Part shown: positions 22,459-35,406 of the stretch, piece after piece
Position numbering within the stretch: position 1 is the first letter of the stretch
Layout: every line of letters begins with the position of its first letter
Origin: Scenedesmus sp. PABB004
Taxonomy: Eukaryota
Direction of reading: 5' to 3'
Assembly: GCA_014905635.1 (NCBI GenBank)
Contig: JABVCE010000047.1
Span: forward strand, 1 to 64,000
Length of the DNA: 64,000 bases
Translations under genes and position numbers: made by a program
Notes under the pieces: generated by a model
Told to the model about the DNA's origin: nothing
The model's input: the letters and a program-made list of their open reading frames with translations, nothing else
Database searches by the model: none

Positions 22459-25400
22459 CTACGGCGCCGAGGGGCGACCGAGCGAGGTGCGGCCGAGCGG
22501 CGACGAAGGGCGGCCGAGCGAGGTGCGGCCGAGCAACGGCGAGGGGCGGCCGAGCGAGGCGCGGTCGAGCGGCGCCGAGGGGCGGCCGAGCGGGGCTTGG
22601 CCGGGCGCCGGCGGCGCGCCGCCCGTGGACGTGACCTGCGCCGCGCGGCGCTGCTGCTGCGCGAGCTGCGACGCGAGCAGCAGGCGGCGCAGCGCGGGCG
22701 GCAGGCTGCCCGCGAGCACGCGCGCGTTGACTGCGCAGGTCTTCTCATTGTCAACGTACGCGTCCGTCTCGTCCACTGTGTGTGTGCGCGCATGTGTGCG
22801 TGGGTGGGCGTGCGCGCGTGTGTGTGGGTGGGTGCGTGCGGGCGGGCGGGGGCGGCGGTCAGGCAGAGGGGGCGGCCGGGCGCACGGCGCGCGGGGCAGG
22901 AGCGCGGCACGCCGCCGCCCTAAAACCCTGAACCCTGAACCCTAGCCCGGCACGTCCTCCCGTGCCCCCCGTGCACGCACCGATCTCCTCCTGCATCAGC
23001 TCCTCCAGCACGTCCTCGAGCGTGATGATGCCCAGCGGCACGCTGCGACCCACAACGGCCGCGCCCGCGCCGCCCGCCTCCGCGCCGCCCGCCGCCGGCT
23101 GCTCCTGCTGCTGCTGCCCCTGCTGCTCCTGCTGCTGCTGCTCCTGCTGCTGCTCCTGCTGCGCCGCCTGCTGCGCCAGCTGCACCTGCAGCTGCTCCGC
23201 CGGGCCGCCCGCGGCGGGCTTGCCGCCCCACGCGGCCGCGCCGTGCACGGGCGGCAGGGTGATGACCACCTCGTCACCCCCGGCCACGCGTCGCCGCACC
23301 CGCCGCCGCTGCCGCACCCGCCGGCGCCGCCGGCGCCGCCCGACGCGTCGCTGGAGCGCGCCGCGCGGCGGCTGCTGCTGCGCTCGCGCTTGGTCGTGCT
23401 GAGGCAGCGGATGAGCGCCGCCACGCCGCCGCGCGGGCTGGCGCCGCCGCCGTCGCTGCCAGCGCTGCCGGCGCCGTCGCTGCTGGCGCCGTCGAGGCTG
23501 CTGCGGCTGCTCGCGCTGTGGTACGTCGACGCGCGCGTGTGCGGCGGCCGCGGCACCTGCACCAGCAGCGCCATGTGGCTGTGCCCCGTCTGCGGCGGCG
23601 GGTGCGGCGGCGTCAGCCGCGGTGGCGGCGGGGCGTGCTTGGCGTTGATCAAAGCGCCCAGGACGGGGGTCGAGGCCCCCCACACACACACGCCCTGCTT
23701 CTACCCCCCCCCCCCCCTGCTCCCCCCCCCCCCCCCCCCCGCGCACACAAAGCCCTGCCTAAACCCCACCGCCCCCCCCTGCTCTAAACCCCAACCCCCC
23801 ACGCCAAAGCCCTGCCTAAACCCCGCCGCCCACCTGGAAGAGGTTGAGCAGGTCGGTCATGGGCGTGTCGACCGGCAGCGCGGGCAGGTCGCGCATGCGC
23901 AGCGCCTTGACGCGCACGGGCGCCTCCCCCGGCGCCGCGAGGCCCACCACCGCGAGCAGCTCCTTCACCAGGATCAGGCCCAGGATGTCGCTCCGGTCGC
24001 TCCCCCGGAACACGGGCACGCGCGAGTGCCCCGACGCCAGGATGCGCACGAGCGTCGGCCTGCGCCGGCGGCGGTCGAGCGGCGGCGGCGCGTGTGAGGG
24101 CGGCGGCCACGGCGGCGGCGCCGTGAGGGCGCGGGCGCGGCGCCGCCGGGGCCTGCCGCCGCGCGCCGCGCCCGGGCCGCTGTGTGCCGCTGTGTGGCGC
24201 TGTGTGGCGCTGTGTGCGCGCGCCTGTCTATGACGTCGTTGCTGCTGAGCATGAAGACCTTGTCCAGCGGCGTCATCGCGCGCCCCGCCCGGCTTCTGAC
24301 TGCGGTCAGGAAAAGACACGCGGCGGCGCGCGCGCGGGCGCGTGGGCGCGTGCGCGGCGCGCGCGGGCCGGCAGGCGCCCCGCGGCGGCGCAGCCGCCCG
24401 TGCGTGCGCCGCGTGCGCCGCGTGCTGCGCTCCGCGCAGCGCGCGTGCGGCTGGTGCGGGTGTGGGCCGCCCGCGCTCACCCCAGGTCGAGGACGCCCTG
24501 TATGACGTGGAACTCCTCCTCGTTCAGCGGCCCGCCCATGCCAGCAGACGTCCTGCGCGGGGCGAGGGGGGTTTGGAGAGGCGGGGCGCGGGAGGGTGTG
24601 GGGTGCAAGTCGGGGCCGGGGCCGGGGCCGGGGCCGGGCCGGCGCGCCGGGGGCCAGCGGCCAGCAGCGCGCCCAGCCGCGCGCCCAGCCGCGCGCCTGT
24701 GCAGGTCGACGAGCGCCCGAATCTGGCGCTTGCCGAGCGTCACGTCCTCGTGGCCCAGCAGCCAGTCCAGCGCGCGCGCGATGGGCCAGCTCACCGGCGC
24801 GGTCGCCCTGCGGCGGCGTGGGCGTGGGCGCGCGCGTGGGCGTGGGCGCGCGCGCCGCGGCGCCGCCGCGCCCGGCGCCTGGCGCCCCGCGGCGGCCGGG
24901 CGGCGCGCGCGCGGTGGGTGGGCGCACCACATGAGCACGCGCACGACTGGCGCGGCGTGGCCGCCGATGCTGAGGCCGTAGCGGCTGCAGAGCGCCTGGG
25001 GAAAGATCTCGCCAAAGAGCACGATCGCGGTCGTGGACTGTGCGTGGGGGGCGGCGTGCGGCGGCGTGCGGATGAGGAGAGGGGGGGGGGGGGGGGCGAC
25101 GCGCGCCCGCCGCTCTGCTGGGTGAGCTGGCGGCGCGCCCGCTCCTCTGCTGCTCCCCGCTGCGCCCCGCTGCCCCGCTGCTGCTCCCTGCTGCTCTCCC
25201 TGCCGGGCGCGCGCCCGTGGCTGCGCCCCGCGGCGGCGCGCACCAGCACGAGGGCGACCGCGACGTTGACGAGTCGGTCGAGGCAGAGCGGCAGCGCCAT
25301 GCTGGCGGCGGTGTTGCAGATGACGAGCGTGCTCAGCGTCCAGTGCGGCGACGCGACCATCGGCATCAGCCGCCGCGCAAACTTGCTCTGCTGCGGCGTG

Positions 25401-25845
25401 CCCGTGCGCAGCATGACCTGGCGCGCGGCGGCGCGGCGGCGCGGCGGGCCGGGGTGAGCGGGGCTCGGTGCCGAGCGCAGCGCCGCGCGCGCCGCGCCCG
25501 CGACCGACCTCCAGGTCCAGCCGGTCCAGCGTGAGCTGCGGCGCGCGGGCGGCGGCGGCGGCACCGTGGGCGCATAGGCGCAGGGTCAGCGGCGGCATGC
25601 GCGCACGCAAGGGCGGCGGCGCATGGGCGCATGGCCCGCGCAAGCAGCGGCGGCGCCCGCCGCTGCTGCTTGCGGCGGCGCCCGCCGCTGCCGCCCGCCG
25701 CTGCCCAGCGCCGCACCAGGCCCAGGGTCAGGCCGCTCATCACGCCCGCCACCGCGACGACGACGACCACGGCCACCGCGAAGGCAGCGGTCGCCGCGGG
25801 GCCCAGGGCGGCTGCATGTTCGGCGGGCGACTGCTCCAGCGGCAT
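22459..25845 (-). CDS. CNNM/DUF21-CBS domain metal (Mg2+) transporter-like protein, about 11 exons
   Basis: AGVMSGLTLGL-LTLDRLDLE; PHWTLSTLVICN; VLFGEIFPQALCSRYGL; AMTPLDKVFML; SGHSRVPVF; TGHSHMALLV; GIITLEDVLEELMQEEI-VDETD. Confidence 0.93.
22462..22595 (-). repeat. Coding minisatellite (about 33-36 bp, 3-4 copies) encoding LGR(T/A)SLGRPS(S/A)P in the CNNM C-terminus
   Basis: Repeated unit gggcggccgagcgaggtgcggccgagc. Confidence 0.75.
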
Positions 25846-26118
25846 GCGCGGGGCGCTGCTGGTGCGCGCAGGGGAGGAGGGCGCGGTGGTGGTGGGGAAC
25901 TGCGGCGCGGCAGGCGGTGGTTGCTGGCAGGCGCCGACCCGGTTGGGAACGCGGAGAGGCCCCGCGCCCCTACCACTGCCCGGACGGTGCGTACGCCGCG
26001 TCGCCTTCTCCGTGGCTCACCCCACCACCCGGCCACGCATGCGCGCAGCTCCCGGCAGCCTCAGCCGCCGCGGCGCGTGACCGGCAGCAGCGGCGGCAGC
26101 GGCGGCCGCCGCGCGCGC

Positions 26119-27107
26119 ATGGCGAGCGGCGCGGCGGCCCAGGGGCCGGCCGGGCAGGAGGAGGCCGACCCCCTGGAGGTGGTGCCGTCCGGCGCGGCGC
26201 TGGCGCAGGTGCGCCGGCGCGGGCCGCGCCGCTGCGGCTGGGCGCCGCCCCCCCCCCCCCCCCCCGAGCGCGCGCGGCCGCCGGCGCAGGTCGCGGCGTG
26301 GCTGGGCGTCTCGTCGGAGGAGGTTCTGGGCGGCAGCGCGGGCGGCGAGGAGGAGGAGGACGACAGGCCACGGCCCGCGCTGTGAGCGCGCACGAGCCGC
26401 CGCGGCAGCGGCCGGCGCGGCTGCGGCCGGCGCACGCGGGCGCGGCGCGCCGCCCGCCCACGCTGCTGCCCCCGCGCGCTGCCGCCGCGCAGGCTGGGGC
26501 TGGGGGCCAAGTATGTGTCGCACAAGGTGGGGCGCGCGCACGGGCAGGGGGGGCGCGCCCGGACGCGCCGGCGCTGGCGCGCCAGCACGGCCGCAGCTGC
26601 GCGCCACGGGCTCACAGCCACACGCTCACAGCCAGCGCCGCACGCGCGCGCGCAGTCGATGGAGGAGTCGGGCCTGGAGCTGCGGCTGAAGCACCGGCTC
26701 AAGAAGAGCGCCGACGCGGGGCCGCCCGGCTACGAGCCGGCCACGCTGGACCGGCACGGGCAGCAGCAGCAACGAAAGCGCCCGCGCGGCGGCGAGGTCC
26801 GTGCTGCGGCCGCGCGCCACGTGCGGTGCCACGCACACGCGCGCGCTGACCGCCCCGCCGCCCCGCCCCTGCGCTGATGCTGCAGGAGCGGCAACAGCAG
26901 CCGGCGGGCAGCAGCAGCAGCGACGACGATGACGACGATGACGGCGGCGGCCGCGGGGGCGGCAAGCTGCGGGCGCTCGGCAGGGGCGGCGCCGGCGGCG
27001 GCGGCGGCGCCAAGCCCAAGTTGCTGGGCCGCTCGGCGTTGCTGGCGGTGCCGGTCGAGTCGCTGAGCAAGTGGCAGCGCAAGCGGTTGCGGCAAAAGGA
27101 AAAGGCG

Positions 27108-27154
<47 letters not shown>

Positions 27155-27176
27155 GCAGCGGCAGCAGGACAGCTGA
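26119..27176 (+). CDS. Hypothetical basic/acidic, probably nuclear protein (5 exons; LGLGAK motif, poly-Q end)
   Basis: MASGAAAQG... | VAAWLG...EEEEDDRPRPA | LGLGAKYVSHK | SMEESGLELRLKHRLKK... | SSSSDDDDDDD...LSKWQRKRLRQKEK(Q)n. Confidence 0.7.
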
Positions 27177-27569
27177 GCACGGCGGGGCGGCACTGCGACA
27201 CGTGCCGGCTGGGCGGGCGCACGGTCAACGGGCGTTGACCGCGTGCCCCGAGTGCCACAGCCCGCGAGCTTCTGCGCCCCGCGCCCGCGCGAGCCCACCC
27301 GCTCCGCACCCAGCGAGCCGTGGACAGCAAACGCTGCTCGCGCGCAGCCGGAGAGCGCGAGAGCAGCAGCAGAGCGCCAGCGGCGCCGCACGTCGTCTGG
27401 GACGCCGCGGCCCCATGAAACGCGCTTAAAACGCTACGCCGCCTCCCTCTAGCGCGAACACAGCTCGACAGGGGCAGCCGCCGCCGCGGCGCAGGCGCCG
27501 CCGCAGTTTCGCCCATTCATGCGCGGGCCGCTGGCAACCACAGCGAGCCCCACCCGCTCCCGGGCCGCC

Positions 27570-30224
27570 ATGCCGGGCGGGCCGGGCGACGCGGCGCCCC
27601 TGGCGAGCAGCGGCGCCGCCGTTGCGGCGCAGGCGGCCGCCGCGGCGTTGCCGTTTGCCGAGCCGCGCTGTGCGCGCGAGGTGGCAGACTGGCTGGCCCG
27701 CGCCGACCGAGACGAGGCGGCGCGCGTCGGCAGGTGCGACGCAGCTCGGAAGACTGCGGCCGCCGCCGCGGCTGGTTGCCGGCTCGGTCGCCGGCAGCCA
27801 GGGCTGGCAGCTGACCGCCGCTCATGCCGCGCGCCCGGCGCTGCCGAGCTCCCGCAGGCACATGGACCTGATCGCGCGGGCGGCCGGCGGGCTCGGCGTG
27901 CCCGACGCTGCCGCGGAGCACGCGGCCGGGGCTGGCGCCCACGCGCGCCCCGGTCCCGCCGCGGCCGGCGGCTCGCCGTGGCAGCACAGCGCCACCAAGC
28001 GCGCGGCGGCGGCTGCGGCGGCTGCGACGGCTGCAGTGGGCGCAGCCGCGTCGGTCGGCGCCGCCAGCGCGCAGCCCCGCGCCGCCGCGCTGGCGGGGGA
28101 CGAGTTGGCCGCGGCGTCCGCGGCGGCGCCCGCGGCGCCCGCGGCGCCCGCGGCGCCGGGCGGTCGCGTGGGTGCGCTGCACCTCACCACCTCGCAGGCC
28201 TTCCACGGCCTCAAGGATCTCTGCCCCGACCTCTGGGCCGCCACGGCGCCGATCTGCCGGCCGGCGCCCGCGGCCAACAAGAACTTTGTGAGCGACTGGG
28301 GCGACGCGCTGCGCGAGGGCGCGGCCGAGGCGTGGCGGCCCTTCCTGTCCAGCAGCTACGCGGCCGCCAACCTGCAGGTCGCCGCGCCGGTGAGAGGAGG
28401 GTTGGGGGTGCGCCGCGCCGCGCGCACTGGCGGCAAGCTCTCACGCCTGCCGCGGCGCGGTGGGCCGCACAGACTGGGGAGCACGCGGTGCGCGCGGACG
28501 AGGCGCTGGTCGGCTGGGCGGCGGCGCAGCGGCTCTACCTGGGCGACCTGCTCACGCCGGCCGCGGCCGGCGCGGCCGCGGCGCTGCTGGCGGGCGCGCC
28601 GGCGCCCGCCGAGGGCGGCGAGGGCGCCGGACCCGGCGCGCCGCTGAGCCTGGAGGAGCGCAAGAGCCTGGTGGAGACGCTGCGCCAGCTGGCGGCGGTC
28701 GTGGCGCCCGATCGGTGCGGCGGGGCTGCGCGGGCGGAGGAGGAGGGCGCGCGCGGCGCGGCGCGCGCCGGCATGTGCGCCGCCCGCCCCACCGCCCGCC
28801 GCGCCCCGCCGCGCAGCACGCGCTCCGCCAGCCACGCGGCGCACAAGCCTCAGTTCAGCGTGGAGAGCAGGGAGATGACCGCGCTGCTCAAGGAGCAGAC
28901 GCGGCTCAGGACCATGGGCGCGCCGCGCAAGTGCGTGCGTGCCGCCACGCAGGGCGGCGCGGCACGGGCTCGCCGCCGCCTCGCGTCGCGCGGCGTCGCA
29001 GCTGCAGCTGCAGGCGGCCGACGCCGCGGCCGCGCGCGGGCCGCGCCGCAGGGTGGCGGTCAAGGGCTTTGCGCGCGCCGCGGCCGGGGCTGGCGCGGGC
29101 GGCAACCCGGCACCGGCTGCCGCGGCACCCGCCGCCGGCCGGGCGCCCGCGGGGGCGGGCAAGGCCACGACGGCGCGGCAGCAGGTCGACACGCTGTCCA
29201 GCAAGCACATGCCCCTCAAGTGGTCGGCCGCGCCGCTGGCCACGCCGGGCAGCAGCTACTCTGCCGCGTTCGGCGCGCACCCCGGTCGCTCGCCGCAGGT
29301 GCCAGCGGGGGAGCGCGGGCGGCGCGCGCGGCAGGTTGCGCGCGCGTTGCTGCGGGCGCCCGCTGACACCGAGCACGCGCGCCGCGGCCGCCGCCTCCCC
29401 GCGCGCTCCAGATGGTGCGCACTCAGTTCAAGGAGGTCAACGTCGGCTTTGGCGCCGTCAACGCCGCCCTGCACCCCAGCGCCTCGGCGCTCTTCCCCGT
29501 GGAGCAGCTCTACCTCACCCCGGCGCACCACCACACGCATGGCGTCGGCGCCGGCGCCGCGGCGGACGAGGCCGGCGGCGGGGGCGCCAAGACCACGCAG
29601 CGCATGGCGTTCCGCCCGCGGTGTGTGCGCGCGTGCGTGCGGCGGCGCCGCCGGGCCGAGGCACCGACGCTGAGCTCTGGGCGCGCCCCGCCCCGCGCCG
29701 CCGCGCGCGCAGGGACGCGGCGAGCGTGGCAGCGAGCGTCGCGGCGGCGCGCGAGCAGATCGGCGCGAGCCAGGCGGCGTGCAACGTCAGCACCATCCCC
29801 CTGAGCGCGGCGGGCATCCAGCTCGGCAGCAGCGCGCAGGTGCGGCGGGCGGGCGCGTCGGGGCGCGCGCGGGCGCCCGCGCGGGCGCGCGCGCGCTGGG
29901 CTGCTGGGCCAGCCCCCACAATCAGTTGACCGCCGCCGCCGCCGCCCAAACCGCCAGTGGGCGTCGAGCTACGCGGCCGAGTACGGCGCGCCGCGCGCGC
30001 CCGACCTCGCGGCGAACGCGCCGGCCGCGCGCGCGGTGTCGCTCATGTTCAGCGGGCCGACCATCGCGTACGGCGCCATCGCGGGCGTGCGCCCCGCCGA
30101 CGCGGCGGGCATCGCCAAGTTCAAGGCGGCCGCCGAAGCGCGCGCGGCGGCGGCGGCGGCGGCCGAGGCCGCGCTCGACGCGCGCGCCGCGGCGGGCGGC
30201 GGCGGCAGGCGGGGCTGCCGCTGA
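27570..30224 (+). CDS. Hypothetical multi-exon protein with repeated [ST][ST]xxxx[FYH]-like motifs
   Basis: Coding-biased exons bounded by GT/AG, e.g. HLTTSQAFHGLKDLCP, LSLEERKSLVETLRQL, MVRTQFKEVNVGFG, WASSYAAEYG. Confidence 0.7.
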
Positions 30225-30513
30225 CCACCGGGGCGGGGTGCGGGAGCAACTCGCTTCTCGTCCCCTGCTGAACGCTACTGGCTGTCGCCGCATTCAAACA
30301 TCAGTAACAATGGTGGTTGGGTGGCCACCACAACGCGACGCCAACGCCACCGGCCGGCATGCGACGCACACGCCGCGCCGCCTCCGCACCAGGATCGAGC
30401 CCCGCCGCGATGCGGCAGCGGGCGTGCGCCGCGCTCTAGGCAGGCCGCTCGCGCCTGGGCGCCCGCCACCCCCCGCCGGCCGCGCGCGCCGCCCGCGCGG
30501 CCGGGACGACACC

Positions 30514-33500
30514 ATGAACGCGGACCAGAGCAGCCGGAGCCAGCGGCAGCTGCTGCAGATGGTCCTGAGCAGCAAGCTGGCGGGCGACAGCGGCAGCGAT
30601 GTGGCGTCGGCCCCGAACATCCGCGCCGTGCGCACGCAGTCCCCGAGCCTGCAGCTGGACCAGGCGCCGCACGGTGGCGGCTTTGACGCCCTGCTGGGCG
30701 GCCCTGGCGGCGGGCCGCTGGCGGGCATGCCGGACGCCGCGGGCGACGTCCAGGACAGGTGCGCCGCGGCCGCACGGGCCCCGACGCGTGTTGCGGGGCG
30801 CCTGCGGCGGCAGCGCGCGCCCGCGGGCGCCGCGCGGCGGCCGGGCGGGGGCGGGGGGGCCCCAACCACCTTCGTGTTGACCGGCCTGGCGGCCCCGGCA
30901 ACCGCAGGAAAGCGATGCCCGACCGCGCGCACTGGGCGATGATCGGGCCCGGGAACGCCCAGGGCAGCCTTTCCGGCGACGCCCTGGCGTCCTGGGGGCA
31001 GCCGTCGCAGCTGGAGGGCTCGCCGGGGCTGCTCAGCCAGCAGGTGCGGCGGCGGCGCGCCGCGGCGCGGCCCGCTCGCCGGCGCGTCGCGCCCGTGGGT
31101 GGCAGCCGCCAGCAGGGGCCGGCCGCGCCTGACGCCGGGGGCCGCGCGCCGCGCCGCAGTACGACGAGCACCACGTGCGCGACACGGAGGTCGACGCGCC
31201 GATGGCCGGCCTCTCGTTGCAGGTGCGCCCATGGCCAGCCGCGCGCCCGCCTGGCCGCGCCGCCGCCGCCGCAGCCGGCTCGCCAGCGGGCGGCAGGCCG
31301 GCCCGAGCCCGGCAGCCAGCCTGGCAACCAGCCTGGCAGCAGCGCAGCCAGCGGGCGCCGCGGCGGCGCGCTCACGCGCGCCGCCGTCCGCCGCGCGCCG
31401 GCACACAGGGCAACGAGAGCCTCGTGGGCAGCTGGCCCGGCGCGGCGCGGTCGCACGCGGCGGACGCGGCGCTGCCCTTTTTCCGGGGCGGCCCCATCCG
31501 CACCAACAGCAACCTGTCGTCCATGTCGGCCGGTGTGCCGCGCGCGTCCAGCTTCAACGGGGGCCACCCCGGCTCGGCGCGCGCCTCGCTCGGCGGCGTG
31601 AGCCACAGCGACGGCGGCTTCACGCCGGAGCAGCTCTGCTTTGCCGCCAACAGCTGCAACAGCGCGCCCATCACGCCGCGCAGCCCCGCGGGCTACGCGT
31701 TCGGCGAGCAGGAGGTGCGGCGGCGCACGAGGGGCGGGGCGGCGGCCCCCAGCGGCGGCGGCCCCCAGCGGCGGCGGCCAGAGATCGCGGCGGCCCGTCG
31801 CCGCTCCGGGCGCGCGCGCGCGCGGGCACGCGCCGACCTCGCCGCCGCCGCCGCCCGTGCGCGCAGGACGCGGCGATGGCGCTGCCGAGCGTGAGCGGCG
31901 GCGGCGGCCGGCACGGCCCCTCCAAGCTGCGCATGTCGTCGTCGGACGTGCCCGCCGGCCCGCACCTGCCGGGCGCGCCGTCGAGCGGCGGCGGCCTGCC
32001 GCCGGGCATGGGCGGGCTGGACGCCTTCCCGCTGCCCTGCGGCACGCCCGACCACGTCGCGGCGAGCAGCCTGCAGATGGCGCTGCAGCAGCAGCAGCAG
32101 CAGGCCGCGGCGCTGCACATGGCGGCCGCGGCGGCGGCGGTGCAGCCGGGCCTGCTGCCGGGCGGCGCGCTGCAGCAGCAGCAGCAGGCCGCCGCGATGG
32201 CGCACGCGGCCGCCTACATGGCGGGCATGGCGCCGGACGCCGGCCTGCCGCCCGGCGGCGTGCCGGGCTACGCGCCGCTGCTGCCGGGCGGCGGCATGCT
32301 GCCGCCGGACGCGGGCACGGGTGCGGCGCCGCGCTGCGCCGCGCCGCGCGCACTGCCGCGCCCCGCCCCGCCGCGCTGCGCCGCCCGCGGCCGCGGCTCA
32401 CCGCCGCGCCGCCGCGCCGCCGCCCGCCAGGCGTGCCGGGCATGGGCAGCCTGATGTACTGGGCCCAGATTGGCATGATGGCCCAGATGGGCGGCGCCCC
32501 GGCCCCGCATGGGCACCACCACCCCGGGCACCCGCTCGCCGCGCTCGCGGGCGTGCCGCCGGGCGGGCTGCCGGGCATGATGTACGCGCCGCGGCCGCCC
32601 TTCCCGGGCGTGGCGCCGCAGCACATGGCCGGCCTGTGCGCGGCGCAGGGCACCGCGTGGCAGGCGGGCATGCCGGCGAGCGCGATCGCCAACATCGCCG
32701 CCGCGGCGGCCGTCGCCGCGACGGCCGCGACCGGCGGCGGCGACGAGTGCGGCCTCGGCGGCCGCGGCCGGCCGGGCGGGCGCGGCGGGCCGGCCGACAA
32801 GCCCGACCGCCGGCTGCGCGTCGACGCCAAGCCCGGCCGCGGGCCGGGCGGCCGCCTGGACGAGTGCGGCGGCGCGCTGGGCAGCCCGGTCGTGGCGCGG
32901 TGCGACCCGCTGCTGGAGGAGTACAAGTCAAACCGCACGCGCCGCTGGGAGATGCGGGTGCGCCGCCGGGACGCGCCGCGGGGTGCTGCTGCACGCGGGG
33001 CGCCGCGCCGCCGCCGCAGGCGCCGCTGGGCTGCCGCCGCGCCGCCGCTGCCGGCCTGCCGCGTGCGCGCCCAGACCCGCCGCCGCTGGCGCCGCCGCAG
33101 GACATCCTGGGCCACATGCTCGAGTTCAGCCTCGACCAGCTCGGCAGTCGCTTCATCCAGCAGAAGCTGGACAGCCTCACGCCCGAGGAGCTGGAGGCCG
33201 CGTTTGCGGAGGTCGCGCCAAAGGGCCTCATGCTTATGAACGTGCGTGCGCCTGCCCGGCGCGGGGATGCAGGGCGGCGGCTGCGCACGGGCTGCGCCTG
33301 GCTGGCGCGCGGGCCCCGGGCGCCCTGAGCCCTGAACGCACGCGCGCGCGTGCGCACACGTCACGCGTCACGCGTCGCGCGTCACCACACACGTCACAAG
33401 TCAAACACACACACACTCTTTTCCTCCCTCGCGCAGGACGTGTTTGGCAACTACGTCATCCAAAAGTTCCTCGACATGGACGTCCCCGCGCACCGCGCGG

Positions 33501-33968
33501 AGCTCGCGGGCCAGATGAAGGGCCAGGTCCTGTCGCTGAGCCTGCAGCTCTACAGCTGCCGCGTCATCCAAAAGGCCCTCGAGGTGCTGCCGCTCGAGAC
33601 CAAGATCAGCATGGTCGCGGAGCTCGACGGCGCGCTCATGCGCTGCGTGCGCGACCAGGTGCGCCGCGGCCTGCGGCCCGCCGCCGCGCACCAGCGCAGG
33701 CGCGCACCAGCGTAGGCGCGCAGCCCTGCCCGACGCCGCTGCCGGCTGAGCTTGCGCGTCGCGGCGCCCGCTGCAGAACGGCAACCACGTCATCCAGAAG
33801 GTCATTGAGTGCGTGCCGACGGAGCACATCGGCAGCCTGCTCGACACGTTCAGCGGGCAGCTCGTGAGCCTGAGCCAGCACCCGTTTGGCTGCCGCGTGA
33901 TGCAGCGCATCCTCGAGCACTGCACCGACCCCGCGCGCTACGGCGCGTTCATGGAGGAGATACTCAAG

Positions 33969-34027
<59 letters not shown>

Positions 34028-34088
34028 CGCGCGCGCGCGTGGTGGGCTGGGCGTGGGTGGGCGCGCAGCCGGGGCGCGCCGGCGGGCT

Positions 34089-34124
<36 letters not shown>

Positions 34125-35004
34125 CCTGGCTGACACGCGGCGGCGGCCCCCGCGTCCCCGCGCCGCCGCGCCGCCGCGCAGGCGACGGTGCAGCTGGCGC
34201 AGGACCAGTACGGCAACTACGTCATTCAGCACGTCGTCGAGCGCGGCGCGCCGCACGAGCGCGACGCGGTGCACGACCGCCTCTTCCCACACATCGTGGT
34301 GCTCAGCCAGAACAAGTGCGCGCCGGCGCGCGCGCCGCGGCCACGACCGCCCGCGCACGCAGCCACGACCGCAGCCACGCAGCCGCGGCCACCCACCAGC
34401 GACCACGCTGCCGCCGGCCCCAGCGCCGCGCGCCGCACTGACCGCCCGCTGACGCCGCGCCGGCACCACGCCGCGCCGCGCAGGTTTGCGTCCAACGTGG
34501 CCGAGAAGATGCTGCTGCACTGCAGCCCCGCGCAGCGCGGCGCGATCGTGGAGGCGTTCCTCGCCCTCTCCGGCAGCGGCGGCGCGCCCGACGGCGGCGG
34601 GCGCGAGAGCGGGCCGCTGGAGCAGATGATGCAGGTGCGGCGCCGCGCGCCGCCCGCCGCGCGCGAGGCCGTGCCCACGTGCCACCCACCTTGCTGCCAC
34701 CCACCCACCCTGCTCCTGCTCCTGCTGCTGCTGCCGCGCGTGCGCTCTGCAGGACCAGTACGGCAACTACGTGGTGCAGAAGAGCCTCGAGGTGTGCGAC
34801 GAGGGCCAGCGCGAGCGGCTGCTGTGCCGCGTGCGCGCGTTCTACGAGACGCTGCGGGCGAGCCAGTTTGGCAAGCACATCGTCAACCGCCTGGAGAAGC
34901 TGCTCAGCGCGGGGATGCGGATCCAGGTCAGCCAGGTCGGCGCCGCCGGCGGCGCGCACCCGCCCCAGGCGCAGGCGCAGCCCGCCGCGCCGGCGGGGTG
35001 CTGA
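30514..35004 (+). CDS. PUM: Pumilio (PUF) RNA-binding protein with 8 canonical repeats
   Basis: [72 protein letters not shown], then the FGKHIV cap. Long low-complexity N-terminus. Confidence 0.96.
33973..34038 (+). repeat. (TG)n followed by (CG)n microsatellite in a Pumilio intron
   Basis: Directly visible alternating purine-pyrimidine tract. Confidence 0.9.
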
Positions 35005-35398
35005 GGCGCGGCCGCGCCGCCGCCACGCGGCAGGCGGCGGCCCTGCCGCCGTGCGCGCGGCGCGCCGCTGGCTTGGGGTAGGCAGGCAGGCAGGCAGGCA
35101 TTTGATGCAGCGCCGGGGCCGCGGCGGGCGCCCAGCACGGGGCCGCGCACGCGCGCCGCGGGGCGGCGGCGCGCGCCCGGCCCGCGCGCGGCGCCGGGCG
35201 CGGTGCCGCCCCGCGGGCGCGCGCTTTTTGGAGGCGCGGGGGCGCGGTGGGGCTGCCCCGCGCGCCCCTGCCGCGCCGCCGGGCCGGCCGCGCCGCACCA
35301 CCGCGCGTGCCGCGCGCGGAGCGAGGCGCGCGCTGCCCGCGCTGGCGGCGCGCGGCCCTGCCCGCGACGGCGCTGCCTGCTAGCGCTCGTTGTTTCGC

Positions 35399-35406
35399 TG
35401 TACATA
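35399..35406 (+). promoter_or_regulatory. Pumilio response element UGUACAUA in the putative Pumilio 3' UTR
   Basis: TGTACATA about 395 nt after the stop; near-match TGTATATG at 35470-35477. Confidence 0.55.
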
